From Eutreptiella sp. 'Long Island Sound 2002' (Eukaryota; Protista; Euglenida): 64,000 bases of DNA. Position numbers and translations under genes: made by a program. Under the pieces are notes generated by a model, which saw nothing but the letters and a program-made list of their open reading frames with translations, had not been told where the DNA came from and did not search any database. Location: contig OZ038378.1 in NCBI GenBank assembly GCA_964036045.1, positions 4,588,001-4,652,000 on the forward strand, written 5' to 3'. Position 1 is the first letter of the stretch. Every line of letters begins with the position of its first letter. Of this stretch, positions 9,377 through 21,686 are shown piece after piece.

Positions 9377-10432
9377 TCACTCGTCGGTCACAACCCCAAG
9401 GAACTCCTCATGGCGGCAGAGAGGACAAAACGGGGCGCCGTGCGTGACCTGCTTCCAGTTGACCCAGCACTCTTGGCAGAGCTTGTGACAGCAGCTCAAG
9501 GTCTCCGGGACCCGCGGACCCTCCGCAGCAAAGGGCTCCAGGCAGACCGGGCAGTCCGTCTGATCGTTCTTCTCCAGCTGCTCGAGCTTCTTCTGGAGGC
9601 CGCCCAGCACCGCGGCCATCGCGCGATTGTTCTGCTCCGTCGCCCGCATCATGTGGTACGCGCACCACGTGCGGCCGTCGTCGTTGGGAATCGACATCGC
9701 GTCGTGGGAGTCGATCTGCTTCATCTGGAGGGCCATGCCCCGGGCGACCGCCGGCGGCACCTTCGTCTCGCACTCCGTGTGGAAATCGACCAGAGACTTC
9801 CGGGTCTTCTCCATCTGCTGGGCATACCCCTCGAACAGTTGAAACTTCGCCGCACGCTCCTCGTCGGAGTCGGGCTCGGTCCGCAGCTGCGCGAGCAATC
9901 CTTCGAATGCTGCATCCGGAGCACGTGCAATGGCTTCCATTGGCGCAGCCATCGCGGGCGATTCGCGGGCGCCAACAATCTGCGCCACCTCCGCCATACA
10001 CTGCTCCTCCTCTTCGTCTGAGTCTTCGGCCACATCGATGACCTCCATCGCACTGACACCGCGCAGGCGGCTCAATACGCGTTCTTGGCGCTCCTCCGAG
10101 GCTTCCTGCGCCAACTGCCAGCGCTCCGACACCGCACTGCAGGCACCGGGTCTCCGCTCTGCGCTGGCGCTGGAGGCGCTGGAGATCTGTTGGAGAGCTT
10201 CATGGGCCAGCACGTGCGACCGCACGGCGCTGTCCTTCAGGGCCTTGCACTTCTTGGCCTGGACCATCACGTCACGCGACCGGTCCGCGCGTCTTTGCAG
10301 CTGCGCCCGCTGCTGTGGCGTCATCCGCTCGCACTGCGCCGACCTCACTCGCTGCAGCCATGCCTCAACATCCTCGGACGATGGCTCCGACCAGCACTTG
10401 GATCCCTTCGAGACGATCTGCTTGGTGCTCAT
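9377..10432 (-). CDS. C3HC4 RING-finger protein (putative E3 ubiquitin ligase) with helical N-terminus
   Basis: C-terminal CPVC-x16-CCH-x2-CQEC-x13-CPLC. GC-rich coding bias. A pyrimidine-rich acceptor (TTCTCTGCAG, ending 10445) lies 12 nt upstream of ATG 10432, which is preferred over the track start at 10525. Confidence 0.85.
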   Translation of the reverse strand: MSTKQIVSKGSKCWSEPSSEDVEAWLQRVRSAQCERMTPQQRAQLQRRADRSRDVMVQAKKCKALKDSAVRSHVLAHEALQQISSASSASAERRPGACSAVSERWQLAQEASEERQERVLSRLRGVSAMEVIDVAEDSDEEEEQCMAEVAQIVGARESPAMAAPMEAIARAPDAAFEGLLAQLRTEPDSDEERAAKFQLFEGYAQQMEKTRKSLVDFHTECETKVPPAVARGMALQMKQIDSHDAMSIPNDDGRTWCAYHMMRATEQNNRAMAAVLGGLQKKLEQLEKNDQTDCPVCLEPFAAEGPRVPETLSCCHKLCQECWVNWKQVTHGAPFCPLCRHEEFLGVVTDE

Positions 10433-11244
10433 TCTGTGCTCTTCCTGCAGAGAATAGGATGCAGAAGTTTCCGCCCGTTGACGTTCAAATTTTAAGGGAA
10501 GGTGTGACATGCTTTGGTGGTGCATTGTTGAATAGCATGCTCTGCCCTACACCCCCCTCCCCCCATAAGCCTGCTAGGAGCCCCCTAGACCCTGGCATTA
10601 CCCTTCTTCCTGGCCGTGACAGATTTCCTAAAGGGACTTGCTAGCTTCTTGGTCGCAAGTGCACATGTGCTAGTTTGAGTAAATGTTTCACAATTGACCC
10701 AAACTGCACCCTTTGCTGATGTAATCGGGCACAATTCTCAGAGACACACACTAGGTACGCACGTGGCCCCGACATCCTGGATTCTCTGTGGGTTGGGCCT
10801 AGATTATGTGCGCTTGCAATGCGATATGCAACGCACAGAGGATGAACGGTGGTTTGAAGGCTGCCCCAAATGCAGCAAAGGCCACAGGAAACAAATGGGG
10901 CAGGGCTGGCTTCCCACTGCAAGGGAATTTCGGAATAACACCAAGGACATGGATGGTTTCCATTTTGTGCAGCTGAAACAGTGTCGCGGTCATGTCCAAT
11001 GGGCAGCCTCAACAAAGCTATGTAATTTATTGACATCCTGCTGAAGCATCTGACGGAAAGAACGTGAAACACATGCAGGGAAGCACACAGCACAGCCCTC
11101 CTCAGTTTCCCGGGAACCAGAATTGAAATTGGTGCAACTCCTGGGTCTACAAGATGCATACTTGTTCTTTTCTGGGCTACACACAAGATATGCACTTTGA
11201 AGAGTTACTTAGCAAACACACAGTCCAGTTGCAACAATACACTT

Positions 11245-11415
11245 ACACATGATGCACACATTCGGATTTTGGGGTTCACACTGTTGACACTTTTGGTATA
11301 CACATCAACCCCTATTCTGCCAGGAACACACACATGATGCACACATTTGGATTTTGGGATTCACACTGCTGACACTTTTGGTATACGCACCAACCCCAAT
11401 TCTGCCAAGAACGCG
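11245..11415. repeat. ~86-bp tandem duplication
   Basis: ACATGATGCACACATT.GGATTTTGGG.TTCACACTG.TGACACTTTTGGTATAC occurs twice in tandem. Confidence 0.85.
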
Positions 11416-14127
11416 ATGCAAAACATGTGATGGGGCCAGCCCCCATGGCCCTTGATCCTGGGAACAATCCTTCCACGGCCTGCCCTCATGGCATATCTTG
11501 CTTGAGTTCCTAATGCTCAAGGTGTCATTGAGTGTACTTCAGAGAACCCAGGAAAATAGAAGGTCCCTTTATGTACAGTACAGGTGCACCCGGGTGCACC
11601 CAGAAACTGGGCGGACCTTAGGTTTGAGCAACACACAGTCATAACATGCGTTGACCCTTCATACAGTAGTGCAGTAGTGCAGTAGTGCAGTTGGTCTGCC
11701 ATGCCCACTAGTGCAGTTGGTCTGCCATGCCCACAGGGCATCATTCATTGGTACATGTGGTGGCGCATATGCAATGCATGGAGTACAGTGTGTCAGCAAG
11801 CATCATGGGTGCACGGGCGGCTGCAGTCAAGGATATCCCTTATCCATCATACAACGGTATAGCTTCAAATGTGTCATGCATGGTGCATAGAGCACACAGC
11901 ATAGGTGACTTGAAATACCCACCAACTGGGGCACCGGGAGTGAACCCAAACCACAAAATGGGGTCCATCCCGGTAATCACATGGCCATAGGAACAACTGC
12001 GACCGTGATCCAGAGATACCTAGACGCACGAGCGACTACATTTGACACCAGCATGAAGACCTTTCGGTCATCCGCCGGTAGGGACTTAGGGTATGGCTAA
12101 CCAAGCGACGGCATGTTATCTTGTTGCTCCTTATACCAACGTGCGATGCCTAAAATGTCAGGTAGGCCCCACGCCCGGTTGAGCTGTGCCATGGCTGCGG
12201 TTTCAGCTTGTGCACCGGATCTAACCGGCAGCAATCCGAGTGTGGGGCCGACTTGCTCTCGCCACTTGTGTTGGGATCGACGGGGATCCCGCACCATACG
12301 TCCAGACGGGGGCACTTCCTCCCAAGCCGCCGCGTGCACCGAGACATCCGGGGAGTTGTTGTCTTGCCTTGTGCCATGAGGCAGGGATCCTGTGCCATGG
12401 TACTGGGACAAAGCGGGCCATGGCATGATATCCAATCCCGTGTGTGTGTATGGTGGCGGCGGGGATGGTGGCGGACCTTTGTGCCGCATTGCATCATGGG
12501 ATATGGTGTCCTTGGACACCATATCCGTGAGGACACCCACAGCATGTTGTGCAAACTGGACGTCAAGAGACATCTTATGCATGATCCTCTTGGCATCCAC
12601 CCAATGTACCTGTCTACGGGCACAACGTTCAACACTGTCCACATCAAGTGGGGGACATGCACCGCTGTGTGTGGCTCACTTTGCCCTGTGGGCCGTGAGA
12701 GCGGCCTCAAATTAGCACTCATGGCTGGCAATGCTCGGGCACTGTGTGGTTGGCTAGGCAGCATGCCTGGAGGTGGACTCATGTATGGCTGCCAATGGCT
12801 GCCCGGAGCCTGCTCACCCACATGCGGACGTGGTTGCTGACATTTCTTTGCTGCGTAACAGCATTGCGTGCCCCTGCGGCATGACGAGAGGGCTCCATGG
12901 GGGCCCTTGCAGCTTGAGTCGGCCGCCCTAGTCGTGGTTGTTGTTGCCATGACCCGCGGGTAGGATGTGAACGCATTGCTAGAGCCGCGCGGGCTCAGGC
13001 ATGCCCAGGTCTCTGCGGAGACGCTTTATTTCTTGCAGGTGCGGTCCCCTCTCCGGCGATGGGTACGCTTGGTACCATACCCGGTCGGGACCTGTTGCCC
13101 CTGCATTCCAGTGTGTGCCATCCATGGCGGCATGGGGAAGGGTACCATGACCGGCACAATACTCCATGCTGCATGCATTGTCCTAGGCGGGCTGCTTTGT
13201 CGACGTATGCGGGGAAGCATTAATGTGCCTGATCGGGACCGAGATGTCGAAGACTGTGCTTGGGACGGTGTTTGTGATCCGGAACTGGGAGGCCCACTGG
13301 AACAGTGTCTCTATTGTTGCCTTCGGACTATCTCCTTTAGGTGTGGCGGGCCTTGGTGCATCGCTGCCATCAATGGTTCCCAGGCACCTTGGGAGGCCTT
13401 AACTGCCCAGGGTGTGTCTGTATGTGCGAAACAAGGACGTTTCCTAGGTTCAAAAAAAATGCAAATCAGCACCCACAAATTGCACGCAGCGCACAACGCC
13501 TCCTTATTTCACCTGAAATCAACCCCCATTTCCCCAATTTTACCCCCTTTTCTCGAAATGTAGATGTGCAAACACAGGAAAACAGGCATGGAAAATCCGG
13601 AAAATGGCATTCAAGTGCCGATCACATTGTCCACGGAAAGGTTTTGGATGTCTGGACCAGTTCGATCTCGAAACAACGTGCCAAAGATACCTAAAATATA
13701 CCCTTTTTTTAACCAAATTCCAATGAGAAGCGAAATTTCGCCACATATGAAGAAATTATAGAATCATAGTATGAAATTCCGAGCCGCTAATGTCTGCATT
13801 CAAAATCTCTAGACACAATGGAATATTCAACTGGATGGCACATTGGGTCACAAATACAGTACATGAGATACAAACAAACACAAACCCAGTAGACAGACTG
13901 TCACATCTGCCTAATCACTGGCACTGCAGGCTGCCAACACCGCAGATCAGTGTAAACAAATTGCATTCGAATTGAGTCGGGACAAAATCAAAATGAAATT
14001 CTACTGCTCAGAGTATGAAGATGGTGACATTGCATATCACTCCCACCAATTTCTCATCACAGCAGTAGCCACCAAATCACCTGTACCTCTTATTGCCCAA
14101 TGTTTTGCCCTTCTGGGGTGCTTTGCT

Positions 14128-14841
14128 CTAAGATGTTTGTGTGGCACCACCACTAACCAGTTGCAAGAAATGCCCCAATCCTTCTGGTGTGTGCGATTGC
14201 GAGGCCTGGCTGCCACGTCCCGGACTGGTCACATTTTGACTCTCCATAGACCCTGTAGTTGGTCTGTCGGCGGGCTCTGCTGCGGATTCATCCACTGGTG
14301 ATCGGTCCCTTTTTTTGGGTGTTTTGTTGGGTGTTGACTGTGGCATAGCCGTACCACCTCCATTGGCATCTCCATCTGCATCCTTCGCCGAGCCCTTTTT
14401 CGGTGTGGCCTTCGGTTTAGCCTTGGGTTTTGGTTTCGACTTTGGGTCCACACGTGTTGACTCAAGGTCCAGATCGTCAACGTCATTAGGAACGTAGGCC
14501 ACCCCAGTCCAGTCCACAGGAAACCCCTTGTCCAACTGAGGCAGATCAAACTCCCAATAAATTGGTGCCAGAGAGTCAGCTTCCCGCAAAGAGCTAGTTG
14601 TCAACTCAATAGCATCCTTTGGCAATTCATCAATGTCAGCTTTGAGATACCCAAATGCGACTGAACATTCAAATTTAAGACGGATATGCAACTGAACGGC
14701 CAGATTTGGGGATGAGGACCCCACCAATACCCAGTTCGTCACGTTTAGCGGTAGATCCAAAATCCCCATTACCCATTGCACTGCTTTAGGACTCAGGATA
14801 CTCTGCAAAGGGCCCTCAGTGAATGTCGGGTACATAGGCAA
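14128..14841 (-). CDS. Hypothetical protein (module D of the 13.5-18.9 kb element), globular N-half plus Lys/Pro-rich tail
   Basis: 237-aa ORF with protein-like composition (WEFDLPQLDKGFPVDWTGVAYVP; KSKPKPKAKPKATPKK). Possibly truncated by a premature stop. Confidence 0.45.
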   Translation of the reverse strand: MPMYPTFTEGPLQSILSPKAVQWVMGILDLPLNVTNWVLVGSSSPNLAVQLHIRLKFECSVAFGYLKADIDELPKDAIELTTSSLREADSLAPIYWEFDLPQLDKGFPVDWTGVAYVPNDVDDLDLESTRVDPKSKPKPKAKPKATPKKGSAKDADGDANGGGTAMPQSTPNKTPKKRDRSPVDESAAEPADRPTTGSMESQNVTSPGRGSQASQSHTPEGLGHFLQLVSGGATQTS

Positions 14842-17199
14842 CTAGAAAAGGGGTGCAAATCACAAAAAATCCAAGGGAGACGCGAAATTTCGCACGATTT
14901 CGGAAACCGGAAAGATTGGCGTATGATATTCACAAGGGCTGCACAAGTGTTACCTTCCTTGGAATCGGAGCCAATGTGACATTTGAAAGCACCGACTGCA
15001 TAATGTTGAAGCTTGGACTGCGACTACCCGTGTTGTAGATCATCACATTCACCACATTCACCCCTTCCTCAGCCAGATCCGCCTGTAATTGACCGTTGAT
15101 GATCCAAACTTCAGCCAAGTCACTAGCGATTAGCAAAGGTTTTCCCAATGCAACGTGTCTCACAGCCAAAGGAGGCACCCCATTGACCAGCCCTTGGGGA
15201 GTTCAATAATTGTCAAAATGAAAGGCGGACCAACGATTGTGGCATTTTGGATTGTGGTAGGGTTCAACAGACAGATTTGAAATGGTGATTCGGCGCCCCC
15301 GGCATGTGCACCCGTGGCACCAACTGTACCGAGATGAACCACACTCCCATCAACTCCAGCAACATTAAATGAATTGCATGGTCTTGAAAGGTGACTTCTA
15401 ACATCAGCGTACTTCCAAGATGTCCAAAATTCTGCTGTACAGACACAATCCCACGGAGGCATAGGATTGTCCTCAGTGTAACTCCAGTCAGCACAGCGGA
15501 ACTTCGGTGCACCAATTCCCTTAGTGTGACGTTGCAAGGTTGCAATCTCTGAAGGGTTCTCTAAAATTGATGAACACAAGGTACTAATCAATGAAAATTG
15601 GACGAGACGCGAAATTTCGCAGCATTCGGACGAATCAGAGGATTGGGCACTCCTCTTCAATGGTATTGCAACACATACTTCGAGTTTGATGCACCACATT
15701 CTTTGGACAGTTGGGATGCATAACAACTCACGTCCAACGCATGTCTCGTTGACAATCTCGTGCTACTTTAGCCAACCTAGCAACACTGGCTCGTGGAGTC
15801 TCCGTGTATTGGGCACATTGCGCCACAAATGGTCCAACCAGTCCCTCCAGCGGCTTGAATGGGCCCAGTGACAAAGGGATCCCGCGGATCTCAAAATTCC
15901 GTATACCATCAATGGCTGAATACCCACAGGTCTCAATCATTCTTGCCACAGGTACCCACCTTCGAGCCACAGAAATCACTGCAAAAATTAGGGTCATAGT
16001 GGCAGAAGAACATTCACACACCAAACTTCCTTCATCGGTTGTTTGTCCTGCCTCCTCTAGCATCACCCGGCAAACATCTGTCATACTCAGCTCGGCATTC
16101 TCTGGCTCCTCTAGATTCTCCATCAAAAGCACTGCCCGCTCACTCAAAGAAGACCCTGTGCCTGATAATTGAGCAGTCTGCTGTCGACCAGCCAGGCGTC
16201 GTTGTACACGCAAGGGGTATCCCACTTCAATACCATACACTCGAATTCCAATTGCAACCGCAGGGGATCCTGATTCTTCTTTTCGCGTGTAGCTGCATGT
16301 AGTCGTGCTGCTGAAAACCTATGCTGTCCACCAATAATCCAAAAATTGCCCACTGAAGTAGCAGCACAAAACTATTCAATGAACGGGAAAAGCAATCGAC
16401 GAAATGAGAACTTGTACAACAGCAACATGCAATTATCTGGCCAGACCAAAAAGCCCTTGATGATGTTCGCTCGTGGGACCCTCGCCAGGTTGTCGAACCG
16501 TCTTTTGACTCGGACGTCGCTCACCTTCCTTGTTTGCCCGTACTCTCTGTTCTCATCGATCCTCGGCACCTTGTACGACACAGTCACTGTCCTTTGCACG
16601 GAGTCTGCAAGGGAGACGGTCCTGATACCCGCTTTTTTGGCAGCACGGTTGTGAGGAGTTCGTTGACTGAGTCCATCGATGGTCGGTTGGGATGGTTGCG
16701 AGAGAGAAGGGGGGTCTGGGCCCACAGAGATTCGGGTTCCTATTTTGGGGGGCGCATCCGACATTGGTCAAATAGACTGCAGGCAAAAACCACCGGTTTT
16801 GCTTCAATGAACATACGGAATACGGTGCACTCCTGGATTTCAGCCCCATGAATTCCTGATTTGAGGCCAAATTACGTAGCTTCGGTGTTTGGTAGTGGGA
16901 ATTTTGTCACAACGACCGTCGATCCTAAAACAATGCTGCATTTGCTTAATGGTTCAAAAACATTCATGAATCACACACATGTACAGACAACCATAAGGGA
17001 TGTTCTAGTACTCTCTGGCTTGGAGTGATCAATGCCTTTCTTTGACGTGCCCTAGACTTTTTTGCCTAGAATGTGTGAATGGATGTGAATTTTACTGTGA
17101 GACGCTGAATTTCGCATCATTTCTGGAGACCGCCTTTTTCGTATGGGTGAATTCATGCAGTTCCAACGTGACGCGAAATTTCGCATACTTTTTGTGATT

Positions 17200-18663
17200 T
17201 CACTTATTAGGGGGTGTCTAATCAAGATGTTTGCTAGTGGTACTTCGGAGGTCTTTGCAACTTTTCCCCCGACACAGAGAGGAAGAAAACGCCTACGGTT
17301 CTCACTAACGAACAAATGTGTGTCGAGGTATGGGTCCAACTTGAGGAAATTTATTTTCAACGTTTGTGTGGGAAACCTACCCATTGTCCAATGGCAACCC
17401 CCACCCCTTCCCGTTGTAGAAGCTGTGGCCCTTCATTCCGTTGATGCCCCTTTCCTGGTACCTTTGCGGCTGTTCCATCACGAAGCTCCCTATTTGCTGT
17501 TTTTCACAAATATGTTCGAACTCTCCTTTGGAGGAACCCACCAAGCAATGATCTTCTGCAATTACTACAACAAACAGTGCCACCATCTCCAATCGAGCAG
17601 CAGCGCAATGCTGCGATTCAACGAGTCTTGGAAATCACCCGCCAAGCAAAACCGAAACCTAAACCCAAGCTGAAGCCAAATAGGGTTCCGCACCCTGTTC
17701 CAAACTCCATAAATGAGGGGTAGACTCGCCAAGTGCAAATGGAAGTTCCATGGTGTAAAGCTCTGCCCATATAGATACTGGCTTCATATCCACACACAAT
17801 GGCAAATCATGTCGAGTTGTCTGCTGCAGGTAACGGATCATGTTCAGCGGTTTCAAATGATCTATTTTGGTCCCACACCGCAGCTGAGAGAGCATCATTG
17901 GTTGCCACCGAAGGGAGAGGACGTTCTGACGTACAATGACCAAAGGTACTCTAACAAATGTCCACCGAATGATACCCAGTAAGGCATAAACACGCCGAAA
18001 GAGATCTCCATGACATGCCTGCAAAGCTTTCACTTGTGCTCCAAAGGTTTCAACGGCATCCATCAACGAAACATGACCCAGAAATGGTGGTAACACCGGT
18101 AGATGCAACACAACAACAGCCGTGCAATTATGGGAATGATCGGGATGCAGCAGATCAAGCCCAAAGTTTTTTTTTTCACCCATTTGTCATACCAAAGGCA
18201 CATCTGGTGGTTATGCATGCTTTCCCAAAGCCATGTAGCCTGCTGGCGTGCTCTGGTTATTAGTGTCGGCATTGGCTGCGTGCATAATTCTTGTTGGAGC
18301 CAACAATCGGCGTGCCCTCCGGCTCAAAGGGATTGCCACCGGTGAATCTTGAGACTGAGTCTGAGGAGCAGCAATTTTTCGTTGTAGTCTGCAAAGGCAG
18401 ATCAATTGATTTGAGAAAATAGTGTACCAACGGGGCTTCTTGCGGACACCATAAGGAAATAGCAGTTGCGTAAGATCCTTCCGAGTTTGTCTAATAGTCC
18501 GCATGGCCAGTGCCCAGACAGCAAGTAACCTAGCAGATCCACCATTCGCAACATCTGTCATCAACCGCTCTACGGTTTGAAACTCACGTCCAGCAACAAC
18601 CACACCTAACAATGCACGATCCATCGCCCGTGTGCAGCTCACAGCAATGAATCGGATTAACAT
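17200..18663 (-). pseudogene. Fragmented ORF, possibly a DDE transposase relic
   Basis: Stitched across frames: CLWYDKWVKK..SHNCTAVVVL, LPLCVDMK and LPLIYGVW. The layout is reminiscent of D..D..GxxH transposases. Several stops and frameshifts; family not established. Confidence 0.3.
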
Positions 18664-19874
18664 GCCTCAGATCAATGAACAAACTGGGTAATAAAGATGT
18701 CAGGACTCAGGGGAAAAAAAACATCATAGGCTTCAAATTGGTTCCAATACAATACAAACACACAGCAAAGATGACCATTGAAAGGAAAGGCATCAAATCC
18801 AATCCAAAGTTGAAGAAGTGGCGAAATTTCGCGTCTCGTTGGACTTGAAAGTGGTTAACAATGGGTATGATATCACATATTTTCAAATGACATGCGAAAT
18901 TTCGCATCATAATTGAAATTGGCTAATTTGGGGTGTTGATTTAGGTTGTTGAGAAAGCTTCAAGTGTATGAGAACAAAAATTGTCGTTTCAAACCCAGTC
19001 TTCGGCAATGTCTTACCTCATCCTCTAATTAGTACCCCAAAAATTAACCCCGGTATGAGGCAAAATTTTGCACTTGTGGGCGTCCGGGAGGGTGGGCAGT
19101 GAGGGCCTCCCAAGGGTACTGCTAAGATGCGAAACGGCCGCTTTGGACAAATTACACCTACACCTATGGCCCGGCCCTGCAAAGCCTACCCCTCTGACCT
19201 ACCCCATGTAGAAATGTACAAGGGTGTTGGCACACAGTGGGGGTACAACGCATGCACAACACCGAAACCAACCGCACCACATAGGGGGCCTAGCTACTGC
19301 CACATGACTCCACATGGCTTTACACAAACTCCCATTGTCACCAAATGATGACCCCACAATGGCACCCGAGATGTGCCATGATTGTTGGCAACATGTGAGC
19401 TGGATCACCTCATGGAAAAGTTGTTTAAGGAGCCGCGGGAAAGTATAGTGCATCAAGTTGCTCTAAGATGTGCATTTTCACCTTTTAGGCCTTGCATGTG
19501 GTGTTTCGAGTGGATGTTGGTTTGTCGCTCACGCCAATGCTTGATCTAACATCTCTCTTCGAGGTGATTAACAGGGATTACATGCTGAAACAAGGCCCTA
19601 TTTGCACGCGATAGGCAGGTATTTCCCGCCAAGGGTGAATATGGGATAATCCATGTAAGCTTGTGTGTACATGGGGATAACCCGAAATTTCGATGTCAGC
19701 CACTAGCTCCCCTTCCTTTATTTTAGACCTTCCAAGCACAAGCATTCCACAACCCCAAGCCACTTAGCCCACGCAAACTGCACCCTGTTTTTCACCTCAA
19801 GGGTGGCATTTGTGTGCAAAAAAAAGACGCGCGGTTTCCGCGTGTTTCCACCTGAAAACTGAGAATTAAAAAAC

Positions 19875-20635
19875 GGAGGAATCTCAAATATATTTTTTTA
19901 GGCTATCAGCGGAATGCAAGTAGTCAGAGGTATGAAAAAAACGTTTTTTTTGGCATGTTGAGTGCGTGAGGCCTCGCGCACTCAATTATGCAGAATGTGT
20001 ATTTCCCAATGGTCCTGAATAAACAGTATTCCATGCCAAATGAGGCTCTGATGTCTTAATGGGTGCCTCATGGTGTACCGTTCGGGTCATGTCAGCAGCA
20101 AGAGTGGTCAATCAATGGACGTTTTGTACACGCCATGCACTATGTAAGGTGTAATAGATCTAAAAAGGCGGGTTGCCCTCAGTCCTTGCTAAACACACGA
20201 TTTTCAGTTAGTTTACCTACAAATGAGGTGCCCAGCCTCCCATCTTTTGGGGCTGTACAACAATTTGTCAGAAGCGCTAGGTCACAGGACGTATGAAGCA
20301 AGTGCTCTAGAGGAGGATAGTCTAATCGCTACTCTTGAGCTCACTGTTTTCACAGGATTCCAAAAGGGAGGAATCTCAAAAAGCCTTTTGGAGGCTATCG
20401 GCAGAATGCAAGTAGTCAGGGGTATTCAAAAACCCATGCTTCTAGCATGTTGAGTGCGCGAGCCCTCGCGCACTGAGTGTTCCGCTGTGCAAGTCTTTAA
20501 CCCATATTGAATCTTGCAGTTTTGCTTTTGCTCCATCCTTGCTTCATGCCACTTCCGATGTCAAAAAGTGATCTCAAAAAAGCCTGAAAATCTCACTCCA
20601 GCTGGCTGAGTGCGCGAGGCCTCGGGCACTCAGCC
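19875..20635. repeat. ~110-bp direct repeats ending in a 26-bp palindrome (three palindrome copies)
   Basis: Variants of TGAGTGCGCGAGGCCTCGCGCACTCA at 19959-19984, 20451-20476 and 20607-20632. Segments 19875-19984 and 20368-20476 are direct repeats. Confidence 0.85.
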
Positions 20636-21686
20636 TCCCATAATAAGTATTTTTTCATGTGGACATGTACAGGATGTGTGAACAGCGCCCATCTTTAATA
20701 GTTTTCCAGACAATCCAAAAATTGGTATTCTTCAAATTAGCCAACAAAATTTTTTTTCGGGGAAAATGACCGGTAAGCCCTCTGATTTTGGACTAAAGAA
20801 TGGTTATTTGACCCCCCTAAAAACAGCAAAAAATGGGCAAACCTGATGAAAAATGCATTTTTTGGGAGGGTTTGAAAAACAGTATTTTCAAGATGGCAAA
20901 AAAAACTATTTTTTTCGGTCACAAAATCTAGGTGCTTAGGTGAAAAAAAGGGGGTGCAGTTTGCGTGGGCTAAGAGCCATGGCATGATGTGCCGTGTCCA
21001 CTTGCACCACCAAGGACCAAGGCAAGAGGAATTCCAAAATATGACTCACCTGCTGGCAATGGTGATGTTGATGGTAGGTGAAGGGGTTGGGGGTGGGGAT
21101 TGTTGGTGTAGCACAGTGCACGTTGTCAACCGAAGCACCCACATAAACTGTCAATTTTTTGGTTCGACCTTCAAGTTTTGAACATCAAAACAAGGTAACC
21201 TTTGAATCCATATGAAGACAACATCACAGGTGAGCCATGAACAATTTTTCAAAGAATTCAAACCCATTTGGGAACGAACTTATAATTTCCTCCCCACGGG
21301 GACTTTCCAGTGTGGTACTCGCTTGCAAAGAGCACCAAACACTGTCGGGATTGTAGTTGTTCTACTCGCAAATATACAGCGCCCATGTGTCCACGACACC
21401 ACACCATTAAACCCCCACTCCCACTTAACTCCTGCTTCACCACCAAACAATTGACTCTCTTTGCACACACCTAAACACAACCACGAGAACACCGCCATTA
21501 GGCTTGTGGTTGCTCCGGGGGGATGTTTGCCTAGCGTGTGTGTCGTGTGGTACTTTCATATCCTGGCTCTAGCCCCAACTTTATCCTCACCTAGGAAGTC
21601 TCCCAAGTAGACCACACCAGACCGCAAACCTTTCCCGCAAAGCACATTGCATAAGCCAAAATCCGAGAATTCAACAATACAAAATG

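Larger units (their letters stand above)
13505..18950 (-). mobile_element. Decayed multi-gene element with degenerate terminal inverted repeats
   Basis: 13695-13745 is an inverted match to 18817-18870, and about 13510-13545 to 18915-18945. Interior carries four frameshifted minus-strand coding modules: about 18663-17200, 16764-15728, 15560-14930 and 14841-14128. Confidence 0.55.

Noticed and set aside
8948-10457. Long plus-strand ORFs overlapping the RING gene
   Set aside because: Antisense shadows of GC-rich coding sequence, with no motifs.
12000-13440. Possible decayed retroelement (also 54150-55320)
   Set aside because: GC-rich, coding-like fragments, but no RT (YxDD), RNase H, integrase or recombinase motif could be recognised.
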